Part shown: one piece after another, positions 11,821 through 23,112 of the stretch
How positions within the stretch are numbered: position 1 is the stretch's first letter
Layout: every line of letters starts with the position of its first letter
Source: Leucoraja ocellata
Taxonomy: Eukaryota
Assembly: GCA_036785375.1 (NCBI GenBank)
Contig: JAWMAR010000462.1
Location: forward strand, 1,488,001-1,552,000
Direction of reading: 5' to 3'
DNA: 64,000 bases
Notes under the pieces: generated by a model
Databases searched by the model: none
Told to the model about the DNA's origin: nothing
Seen by the model: only the letters and a program-made list of their open reading frames with translations
Position numbers and translations under genes: made by a program

Positions 11821-13577
11821 GACTTGACAGGTTAATAATGTTATGTGCACTTTTCATTAAGATCTTAAACTTGAATAGTAGAAACAGTACATCTTTTGTA
11901 TTGAAACTTTCTTTTACATGAGTAGAATTGATCCCTTGATTATGAATTCTGTACTACAAAACAGATTCATGTGCAATTTTGTGAAGTCTCTGTGTGCAAT
12001 ATTTTTGATCTTGGGGCGTATTTTGAAGACATGTTGGAAAGTGTTTTTCGAGATGCATGTTACATTTGATACACCAAACGTGTCTGCTGTTCCTCCACCA
12101 TATCTGTTCATCCTCCTGCAGCACACTAGTAACGTAGGTGGGTTTCTAATAAGTGAAACAAGTTATCAGTCATTAAGTAGGGAAATATGCAGGATGATTG
12201 GACAGTCTTGATGTGTATGTAGAAGTGCTTTTGAACATTCGTTCCAAAGAATGCTGCTCAGGCAGTTGATGCAACCATCATCAGTGATGATAAAGAACAG
12301 TGGAATTTCTATAAAAAATTCAAGATAATTTCCCCTCTACCTTCTGCAGGAATACAAAGGAGAAATATATAAAACTGTCATCAAAATCCCATTTAATTAA
12401 AATAATTTGGTCTATTATAATTCATAATTCAGAATATATCTTTAAATCTTCAACATTCTATTAAATTCCTAACATTCTGTTCTCCCCGTGGGAATTTTAT
12501 TGTAGTTCTATTGATTTGTTATTTTTGAGTAAAGTGCCTTGAACTACTCTTGTAATTGCAGGCAAAAGTAAGCAGCATGTGGTCTTGCTTCTTTTTAAGA
12601 TTGAGAAATAGTTTAATTATTTTGATCTTTGTCATTGTTGAATTGAAATTGTGGCTCATTCACAGCTTCAATAGAATTGACCTCTACGCAAGTACAATTG
12701 TTGATGTTACTTATCCAAAACGCTGGCATATGAATTCTTCACTTTACTTTATGGAGTTCAAGCAAGTGCTAACCATATAAAGCAGATGCAATTAGGTAAC
12801 ATGATAGTTTTTACAAAAGTTATTAACATAGTTTAAGTCCCTCATTAATGCCTGACTATTCATTACACTGAAACAGTAAATTATATAACTTGCACAATTT
12901 GAAGACTTTTTTTAATTTAGCATGTGAAGTTTGTTATTGGCCTCCTTTTTTGTATTCTTATTGTTGATTACAACTTAACCTTGGTTCAGAGAGCTCAAGT
13001 TCCCAGCGTTGCTGACCACTGCATAGTTTGAGAAAAGAAAAGACATTGAAGAGAAAATGTTTTTTTGCAACATGTCTTGAGTAGTAATTGTGCTTACTGG
13101 CAGACAAAAACGATCTGCAGTTGAGCACAAAGGGGGAAATGTGTACATGGCACATGTCCCAGCCTAACTCTGTTTTCACAACATTCAATGCAGGATAAAT
13201 GGGCACTCTGTCCTGCTGTTCTCATGTCGAGTAATGCTGACTCAGGCTGATTTGCTTATAAAATACCAAGCCGTGCTACCATAAATGGTAATGAAGCAAT
13301 GAAAGTGACAGAATCTGATTCACTGATACTAGTCGCTTATTGACTAATTTCAGAGCTAACTTTAGGAAATCAGTTTCCTGAGTCATATAAGATGTACCGT
13401 GTTAAGCTGAGGAAGCAATGATTTTTAAAACATTTTTTTTTAATGATGAGCAAATGTTTTCCCCCGAAATTTATATTAGCTGGTTTGGATTGAATACCAG
13501 ATAATGGGTTGGAAGATATTCCAAAAAGTGAATTGATGAGCTTGGGGAAGGTGTGTGGACAACTGGTTAACTATGTA

Positions 13578-13678
13578 TTCAAGAAGGTAGACAAAAATGT
13601 TGGAGAAACTCAGCGGGTGCAGCAGCATCTATGGAGCGAAGGAAATAGGTAACGTTTCGGGCCGAAACCCTTCTTCAG
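13578..13678 (-). mobile_element. Solo Penelope-like terminal repeat with perfect 16-bp TSD
   Basis: actggttaactatgta at 13562-13577 and 13679-13694. Confidence 0.85.
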
Positions 13679-13682
13679 ACTG
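13647..13682 (-). ncRNA. Minimal type-I hammerhead ribozyme motif
   Basis: Minus strand: gu CUGAAGA A GGGU-UUCG-GCCC GAAA CGUU ac. Complete core, helix II with UUCG loop, palindromic AACGUU in place of helix III. Activity unproven. Confidence 0.6.
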
Positions 13683-14789
13683 GTTAACTATGTAGTTCAG
13701 TGGCTTTGATGGTAAACTGAGATATGGGTTTTTTTCTGCAAATGGTATGATACTGATCATGTGTACATTTTTTCTAATTTGATACATGCATGAATAATTT
13801 TTCATCCAGTCATGTTAGAGCAGGCAATATATACTTTCTGGTACTGCTTAAAATTTGAAGACTTTTATTCCATGCTGCACAGTATTCTTGTGTGAAATAG
13901 GCAGAAATCATGAAGAAATTAGACCAACATTGCTGCTTGTATCTTAGATTAGTTTAATTGATGCTATACTTATGCCATCTGAAGCCTTGTCAATATTACT
14001 TTATTCATTGATTACTCGTATGGGGAAGCATCATGGGTGTCCATCTAATTAAAAACAAAGTTACAATTTGATATAGATCTGCTTTGCTTTTAAGTTCAGA
14101 TTGCCCCAACTTGCTCGGATAAAACGGGGAGCAGGGAATGTGTCACTGCTGTCACTGCCGCCATGCTTTCGCCGCACGACTGCTCTCGGCAGCATCTTGA
14201 GCTTCAGCCTTGTGCAGCTGTTATTGACCACTTTTTTTTCCGACACATTTGTTAGTTACTACACGTACCAATCGCAGCCGCAGCCATGGCTTACCACTGG
14301 GTCCTGTATTATGCACACACAAACACACGTTTTCTGTGCGAATGGGGGGAAAAGGGGCATGATGTTTCTATTGATACGACGGCTGCAACAGGCCTTCATA
14401 GCCACCTACCGTTGGGACCGTGAAATGGCGCCAACACCTGGCAACTATTGCACATAGACTCGGTGCCTGTTTATGTGCCTTATGTGCTAACCGGGCAGTG
14501 TACTTGGGTACAGCAATAATCGCTCTGATCGCTATGCAAAATAATTTCACTATACCTTGGTAGACATGACAATGAAGGAACTATTGTGTCCACACATTTA
14601 TGCATGTGAGTGTGTGGCGTAAATCAAACGCTATTCCATTTGGTAACTGCAGCTTATGGGAGCGGACGGCGCTGTTTGCTTCAGATGCACCTTGACTGAC
14701 TAATTCCGGATAAGAGTTAGCTGCTCGGTCAGTGACTATCATGATAACAGCAGGCATGTGTACTCATCCGCTGGCAGGCTCACTGTAAC

Positions 14790-15984
14790 TGTCTGAAGTA
14801 AAGTTGTAGTAACGGGTCCCCCCGTACCTGCCCCGGGTGTGAAATACCAGTATGTGTGGGTGTAGAAAGGGATATGGGAATAGTATCCCGGAAAGTGGTG
14901 ACAGTATAGGGGGTTGCACGCAAGGTCATCGGGTCAAAGGGCGTGACGCTCGGAGCACCTCAATCCATGTGGAAGACATGGCGGCCTCGGTATACACTGT
15001 TAACACACGAAATGCGTACTTTCTTACCTGTTAAAAATCGCCGAAATAGTCATTTTTTGCGCTGTAAATAATTGTGGGTGCTGTCATTGATTGCGGGAAG
15101 GTATCAGGTTTAAACTGGTATCTCATGGTGGTGCGCCTTTTACAATCCGCGACTAATAGCCGCATTAATTGTCATGTCCACACAGCACCATCTCGATAAG
15201 CCTTCGCTATATAAAGCAAACTCAAAGTCGGAGCACTTTGATTGCAATATTGTGGGGAGGGTTTGGGTGACTGAGAGCTCAGAACCAAATGCTCTAGTAT
15301 CTTTGCTCTGAACCCGAGCACCAAGATGAAAGCGGCCAAGGGCGTGCATCCCTTGGGACAGCCCCCTCTCTCCCTCCCGAGGCTAGCGCTGTCCGGCCAC
15401 GGCCGCTCTTTCCCCCCCCCCCCCTTCTCACCCTGTAGGCCGCATTGTCGGGCTGTGGGTCGGCAGCACCCACACACGGGGCCGGGTGGAGCGGGGCCGC
15501 GGCTCAGGGCTCTGCTCCCTCCGCCCACCCATAGCCACTGATCGCGCTGCACCGACACCCCGACCTCTCCCTCCCCTCACCCGACACGACTACCCTCCCT
15601 GACCTCCTCCCCTGCGACCCCCTCCCCCCGCAACCCCTTCCTCCCACCGACCCTCCCCACCCGCGGCCGCGGGGATAGACAACCTGGGGTCCGCGAGTGT
15701 GCAACCAGTCCGGATGCTGGGCCAGAAGAAGGGCCTGCTGTGCTGGCAGCCATAGCAAATGCTTACCTGCAATTCATCGCATGTACTCCAGTTGGTGTTG
15801 CGTGGCAACAGTACGGGTCGCGACCTCGACTGCGTGCAACCTCCCTATTGAGAGTTAACCGCGGGGCTGTGTTGTCGGTGAGGAATTTTGCCTACTGGGG
15901 TCGCTGCTCAGCGTGTGTTGCCCACTAGCCTAGCGCGCGGCCCAATTGGGAGCAATTGATCCAATTGGTTTAAGGCTGGCCCTG
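14790..15984. mobile_element. GC/CpG-rich transposon-derived segment with one hAT-like terminus
   Basis: Right end reads on the minus strand cagggccagccttaaaccaattggatcaattgctcccaattggg, with repeated caattg; low-complexity C-rich interior; matching left terminus not found. Confidence 0.4.
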
Positions 15985-17039
15985 ATTATAATAGAGCATG
16001 CAGTTGGCTGTAGGACATGCAGAGAAGCAGTGAAAATTCAATTTTGATGACTGGCATCCATTTAGAATTTCAGCGAACTTCTTAATCTAGCCCATCCTCG
16101 AAGGAATCTTGCTATAGACGGTTGTTTTGGTTTCATTTGTACTCAATGGTTTCTCTTTGTCGTTTGAATTACAAAAACATATCACTTATGCCAAGGCTTG
16201 TTATTTATTTATTGAAGATAACGGCTGTGATAGAAAATGTATTTTTGTATTTTGCTAAACCACTATGCTTGGTGACTTTTTTCATTAAAGGATATTTTAT
16301 CATTTATTTGGCTTCCAGTGCCATTGGACTGAATAGTCAGATGACTGAATTCCCTGAAATTGTAGTTTGCATGCCATCGCCTAAATACTGTTTTGCTCCT
16401 TGGCACAATTTCTTGATAGGTGGCAGGTATCAAACTGATTCCAACCACAACACAAAATGGCGTGCAAGGCCACCTTTAGAATTCACAATCATTGGATTGG
16501 TCATTGGAACAGATGACCTCTTCATTACCAAGTTAATCATCTTCGCTTGGAAAATCTCCAGCTAGCAAGGCCCAATCTGACCTGACCCCAAATGTTTTAG
16601 AAGAATGTAACCTCAACCCAAATCTGACATTTGAAAATCCTGCTGAACTCTCGTTGGATAGCAAGGCTCTGTGTAGGTCACTGATTTTTGTACTGCACGC
16701 TCTTTATTTTTGTTGTATGTTTCTTCCTACAGCCATGTAGTTAAATCTACAATGTTTGCCACAAATTAATCTGAGTGAATTAGTTCAGAATAATTCCCTT
16801 CATTAGTTCTGTTGCACATCAAACTCAATAGTTATGCGAGATGACCTTGCTGCTACTTGTCATTTGGTCCATATCTATTTTATGAGAATAAATGCAGATT
16901 GATGCACTGCAATGTTTTAAATCTATCTTGCTAAGAACATGGAGGGGAAATTCAATTGAACTGACCAAATTATGATGCATTCCGATACAGTAAATAGGAT
17001 GAACATGTTCTTGCTGCTCGCACTTGCAGTTTGATAAGT

Positions 17040-17172
17040 CAGTCTGAAGAAGGGTCTCAATCTGAAACGTCACCCATTCCTTCTCTCCAGAGATGCTGCC
17101 TGTCCTGCTGAGTTACTGCAGCATTTTGTGTCAACCTTCGATTTAAACCAGCATCTGTAGTTCTTTCCTACA
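17040..17172 (+). mobile_element. Solo Penelope-like terminal repeat with 13-bp TSD and hammerhead-like core
   Basis: cagtCTGAAGAagggtctcaatctGAAAcgtcaccc; flanks cagtttgataagt (17027-17039) and cagtttgacaagt (17173-17185). Confidence 0.8.
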
Positions 17173-18385
17173 CAGTTTGACAAGTGGCAAATAAAAATAA
17201 GGGAGATAGGAATTTTAATGTATACCATTTGAAAAAAAAACAACAACTCTTTAGCATGCTGGAAGCATGTTCCAAAGTAACATGGATATATACTTGAAAA
17301 GGGAAAAAGGTGGGTTGTGAGAACATACGGTAAAAGTATGATTGGATATCTCTCTCTATAAGAATAAGAGAGTGAAACAGCATGGTGCTGTGAATCTTTT
17401 CAGGTAAAGTTAATGCCTTAATCTCTACGTTCCAGTAATGCTTTCTAAACTTTATAAAGGTTTAAATTATTCATTTTCGTACTGCGTCGTTATTGAATAG
17501 GTTGAATTATGGCCACATTTCTTTGACAGAGCTTACTGTCCGACCAGCCATCTGATACCTTCAGACATTCATGTGTTGAAATACTTAGCCAGGCCACCTG
17601 CTGTGACTGATGATACCAAAAAGGTGCAGTGCAGGCAATTATCTCTTAATCTGCAGATAAACTGCTGAAATTCTATTAGTTGTAATGTTATTAACTATAA
17701 CATATGACACTATTAAAGGTAACAGTTCTAATATGACTCCATACTTTGAAGAATTGATGTTTTAATCCGTGAATGGCTCCATTGACCATACTGCAGTGGG
17801 AGCTCTAGGATATGTGCATAATTCAAAACTATCTAAATTTCCTTGGCATTGCTTAACAGCAAGGCATGGTATACAGTGCCTATTGCCATCCGTTATAGTG
17901 AGTCATCAAACTACTGCTTGTACCAATGCTAAGCTTCACATTAGCAGCAAGTTCACAGTACTGTGTTTAGAAGTCTCATTTCTAATTTGGTTAGCATTTA
18001 ACTGCATCAGTCAAAAGGTTCATTCATTCATTCAAGTGTGCAGCCTGAATGTTAATAGCTGTGCTGTTCATTTGCATTCAGTGCACAAAAATTCTGGGTC
18101 TTGTACAGATTGAGCCAGCCATAGGGTTTTTTTTATCCTTTAAGAAAAACTACAGGTAATTTGTGCTGCCGCGTTTTGAAATGGCTTTAGTATTGAAACA
18201 AATGTTTATAATTGTAAGAGATTTTTGTTTGCCTTTGAATTGTGGAGTAGTATCAACATTGACATGTCGATTTTCCTTTTCTCTTTGCCATTTCCTATTT
18301 CCCCACCCGACATCCCAACCCTGTATTTGCAGTTTTATTTTGATGTCGTTGTGAGTCTTGCAAGGATCAGATCTGCACCTTTACC

Positions 18386-19220
18386 ATGGCTCAGATTCTC
18401 CATCTTGAAATTCCAAATTTTGGGAACAATGTCCTGGGATGCCTGAACGAGCAGCGGTTGATGGGGTTATTTTGTGATGTCTCCATTGTGGTCAAAGGTC
18501 AAGCCTTCAAGGCACATAGAGCTGTGCTGGCTGCCAACAGCCTCTATTTCCGCGACTTGTTCAGTGGCAACAGCAAGAATGCATTTGAGCTACCCGCCAC
18601 TGTGCCGCCCACCTGCTTTCAGCAAATCCTTTCCTTCTGTTACACCGGCAAACTTACCATGGCGGCCAGTGAGCAGCTGGTGGTGATGTACACAGCAGGC
18701 TTCTTGCAAATACAGCGTATTGTTGAGAAAGGGACTGAGCTGATGTTCAAAGTGAGCTCCCCGCACTGTGACTCTCAGACGACCTCCATAGAAGATGCTG
18801 TCTCTGAACCGCAAAGTCCTTGTCCCCTCCAGCCACCTGCCACCTTGACCGTTGTGTCCCCAATTTTGCCCATTCCGCTGCTTTCCCGGGTGAAGAGTGA
18901 GCACTGCGAGCCAGATCTGATGACACCTGGTATTCATGCTCTCACCACAAAGCGCGATGGTTCCAATAACCATCACTGTTCAACTCCTTTGAAGTTACCT
19001 AGAGTTTCCTATCCTGGAACATGGGGTGCCACTACCTTTGTACAGCCAGTAAACTATGCTCCAGCAGAACGTTCAAGTCCAGGTGGAAGTAGTAATCAGA
19101 CGACAGACAGTCCAACCTCTTACCAGAATGAAGAGGAGGAAGATGAGGATGAAGCGTATGATACCATGACAGAGGATCAGTATGGACAGATGTACATCAA
19201 AACATCATCAGGATACCCTG
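18386..19220 (+). CDS. NACC2: NACC2 coding exon 1 (BTB/POZ domain and acidic linker)
   Basis: [53 protein letters not shown]...[24 protein letters not shown] closely matches recalled vertebrate NACC2. Kozak accATGg; phase-1 donor G|gtaaga at 19221; probable acceptor tttgcag ending 18332. Confidence 0.96.
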
Positions 19221-19273
19221 GTAAGAAAAGCAGTTTGCATTAACTTTGTTATATGACGTGGCTCCCTTTATTT

Positions 19274-19489
19274 CAGGGGTTCCCAACCATTTTCATCCCA
19301 TTTGCCCCTGTCATCTTTAATAGCACATAACAATGTTATTTCACTTATTTATGAACAACTAATGATGAACAGATACCAGTATACCAGAACCAAACGCAGT
19401 CAGTCAATGAGAAAAAATATGTACAAATCCAGAATCAACAAATTCACCCCCTGGGTAGGTGAAATTTACCCCAGGTTGGGGAAACCTTG
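19274..19489. mobile_element. hAT (Charlie-like) MITE
   Basis: TIRs caggggttcccaacc / ggttggggaaaccttg; 8-bp flanks ctttattt and cttttttg (6/8 match). Confidence 0.65.
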
Positions 19490-21289
19490 CTTTTTTGAGG
19501 GGCTGAGAAAGAAGCACCAGCAACACTTGGTCTAAGTGATACAAATCAGAAGCAAAATTAAATAACAGCATTTGTTCCAGTAAATGGATTGTAGTATATG
19601 TTGTATATAATTATGGTCCACTTAGAATTTGAAAATTCCCTGCTTTATAAGCTCTGCACATGATAGGATTTGTTCATATGCATTCCATCTGATCCAAAAA
19701 AAAGGTCCATTAGTTTAAGGTAAAAGTAAATTCATTTTCTGGTATCATACAGTAAAAATTATATATGGACTTGGACCGAATTCTGATTGGTACAACATCA
19801 ACTTCACGAAGGCATTGACAGAGTCCCTTCAGCACTTTGTTTTTAGTTCAAAAATAGAAGATGCAACTGCCTCAGAAACTAATGAAATGGGATTAGGATA
19901 TATGTTGAAACTTGTAAGGGGGTTGTTCATTGGAATTCCAACATTTAGTTATAATAATAATTTGCACAAATTACTAAAACATGAATGGTACCAAATTTGC
20001 AGAAATTGAGCAGTGGAGTTGAAATATTCAGCCAGACCCGCTCAAAGAAAGAATAGATGCCACAAAGGCAATTTTTCAGAATGTCAATCCTGAGGGCCAA
20101 ATGCTTTTGAATTATATTAATTATTTGAATTATTTTTCATTGTATGGGGCATTAAATGTATCTTTATGATTGAGACTACAAAGTAGGAACAGGTTATAAA
20201 AAGGAAGGAAAATTTAACGAGAAATCCTTTTTATTTGCAGTTATACCAAGTTAGATAGTGAAGAACAAAACTTAGAAATGGGTGCCAAAGGGGCTGAAGA
20301 TTTATTTGGATGTTGTGATACCACTAAGAATGGAAAAAAGGTTATGAAAGCACAAATTATGTATTTTATTGTTGTTTACACATTTGAAATTTATGCGAGG
20401 AAATTCAACAATTTGGAAAGCCACTTAATTTATTATACAGATCATGCCTCTAATTAGTTACTCCATTGCCATATCGGCAGCCACATATTTCTTGAATGAT
20501 CCAAAGCTTTGCACACACTGTTGTATTCAGAAATCCATTTTGTGTGTCAATCATTAAGGAATTTCTTGCTAACAACCTTTAAATTGCTTTTCAATAATGT
20601 GCTTTCATGGTTTTCACACTGAACTAACTCCAAGGTCATTCTTGCCCCTTCTCAACTGAAAGTCCAATTATTTTCAGCCGTTTATTACAACCAAGCCCTT
20701 TGATAATTGGAATTAGTGCTGCAATTTTTCTCCACAGTATTTCCATGACACGTGTCTGTCTAGAATTCCAGTGACCTGAATGGAACATCAGTGCTTCACT
20801 CAGACAGTAATCTTCAGTATTTTTATGTAAAAACCTATATTTCTTTGACTTGCATATGGATTGATTCGCTTTTATAATTCGGCAGTAGATTACTTTGTTA
20901 TAGCTTACTTGGCAGTAATAGGACCCTTTTAAATTATGTATATTAATATTACTCCAACTATTTGGCCATTTGATATTTTTATTTTTCATTGTACTGTTTA
21001 TAGACATTTGTATTAAAAATTTAATTGACAGCTATTCTGCCTAATTTAGTATATAGATCCAAAGCATTCTTAGGTGCCTACGTGCATCTGAAAATTTGAT
21101 CCACTCGAGTTAAGTTTCTATATCTGAGGTTCTAATGTAAACTATTCTAAGAATTTAAACACTGATCATTGAGCTATTATATTTACTTCATTGCTTTCAT
21201 TACTTAATTGTACCATTTGCAAGTGTTTTGTACCCTAAAGACAGTTTCTTATCCATTCTTAAATTTACTCTGATATACTTCAACAAATG

Positions 21290-22080
21290 TTAAGAACATA
21301 AGAAATAACAGGAGCCCATTTGGCCCTTCAGTTCAATGTTGCTGATCATTGACTTCATGGCTGACTTTCAAAATGCATTCATTTAATTCAGTGCTATTTT
21401 CACTATTGAGTATCTCCGTAGCTCTTGATCCCCTTATCATCCTAAAATCTATTCATTGAATTACTATAAAATTAAGCCTCCACTGGGCTTCAAATGTGTA
21501 CACCACCCTCTTGTATGAAGAAATTGCTCGTCTCAGTCTAAAATGCCCTTTCCCTCTATTTTGAAATTGTGCTCCATGGTTCAAATCTCCTTAAACAGAG
21601 GAGATATCCTCCATCTAGCTGTTAAGAGTATGTTTTCATGAGATCTCTCCCAATCTCTAGAAATAACTACGCCAGATTTCTCCGATTACTGCAAGCCTGC
21701 CAACCCTGTAACTAGTGTGGTGAATCTTTGCTGCATGCCCTCTGTGCCAATACCACCCTTCTTTTTGGTTAAGGAAACCAAAAATGTACATGATGATCAA
21801 TGTGGAGGTGACACCAAACCCTGTACATTTGCAATAAGACTTCCTTACTCTGGTATTAATATCTTCTTCAAGTAAGCAACGGCATATCATTCGCTGCCAT
21901 AATCGTTGGCACATCTGCATGTTAACCTTCAACTTTATATAAATATATGTTTGTTTCAACATCAAGCTACCAAATCTCATTTAACATATAGTTTGCTTTT
22001 CTGACATGCACTAAACATAACAATCCAACATTTTTCTACATTTCATCTGCAATGTTCTCATGCACTAGTTACATTTTCAA
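21290..22080 (-). mobile_element. Old CR1 LINE 3' fragment
   Basis: Begins with an aagaacataagaaata tail and ggccc tail motif; decayed ORF2-like sequence. Confidence 0.55.
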
Positions 22081-22200
22081 ATAGGGATGAAAAGCTTTCA
22101 TTTCTATAGATTACGACAAGCTTGGGGCCAAGCACCGATCCCTATGGTATCTGACTAAGCGTAGCCAGTAAAACTGAAAATGATCAGTATAATCCTATTG

Positions 22201-22402
22201 GTAGACACAAAATGCTGGAGTAACTCAATGGGCGAGGCAGCATCTGTGGAGAGAAGGAATGGGTGGTGTTTTGGGTCGAGACCCTTCTTCAGACTCAAAA
22301 CGTCACCCATTCCTATTCCTTCTAATGCTGCCTCACCTGCTGAGTTATTCCAGCATTTTGTGTCTACCTTCGATTTTATCCAGCATCTGCAGTTCCTTCT
22401 CA
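22201..22402. mobile_element. Head-to-head dimer of Penelope-like terminal repeats with perfect 16-bp TSD
   Basis: cagtataatcctattg at 22185-22200 and 22403-22418; the two arms are reverse complements. Confidence 0.85.
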
Positions 22403-23080
22403 CAGTATAATCCTATTGTTTGCTTCCTGTCTAATTGTCTAACAGAAGCTCAACCCAAGTCGGCATCTTATCACTAATTCTGTTTGCTTTTGCTTAACTA
22501 ATTTTCAGTATATTGATTTGCTGTTGAAAGTCCAAATACTGCATATCTGCCAAATATGAACTATATGCAATAAGATCGGTTTCTGTTGGGAATGCTTTTT
22601 TTATTGATCTATTAAGAGTTGGGCAAAAGCTTAAAACCTGACCTAATGCAATTTATTAAATGCAATGACATTTTTGGTTGAAATTCTGCAAGTACTGCCA
22701 GTTTTTCTGTATTTCAGTAATTTGTATTGATTGATCTTTGTCTGCTGTGGGTCTTGGAATTATTAGCAAATTTTAAAAAGTGACAATTATTTGTGTAAAG
22801 CTGTTAATAAGCTTCCAGTGCAGATTTTATAGTCAACCATTAAAATAACTTAAACTGATATGGGATCAAACAACTCTATCTGTAGTGCATCCTGAGTGAT
22901 TACATGTTCTACTTAAAATATAACTTTCTTGTATAATGGCCAAACATGTAATTTAAATTAGTCTAGATAAAACAATTAGTCTTGGCAATTGTATGTAGAT
23001 TCAGATTGTGATACAGATTGAAGTTATGACAACTGATTGTACTGATAACAAATTCCACCAGCCTGGCTGTGTGGTCATTA

Positions 23081-23112
23081 AAATATAATACAATACAATA
23101 TAATACAATACA
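23081..23112. repeat. (YAATA)n pentanucleotide microsatellite
   Basis: aatataatacaatacaatataatacaataca. Confidence 0.8.

Noticed and set aside
15172-15928. Pro/Gly/Arg-rich ORFs, or a definite NACC2 promoter CpG island
   Set aside because: Low-complexity translations of GC-rich repeat-like DNA; no splice or start-site evidence.
16122-16565. 147-aa plus ORF
   Set aside because: Non-ATG start, no homology, intronic AT-rich composition.
18590-18976. 128-aa antisense ORF
   Set aside because: Shadow of the NACC2 exon; the same applies to 36370-36876.
19221-19243. ORF-track extension GKKSSLH* as the NACC2 C-terminus
   Set aside because: Intron read-through past a consensus donor; downstream exons complete the BEN domain.
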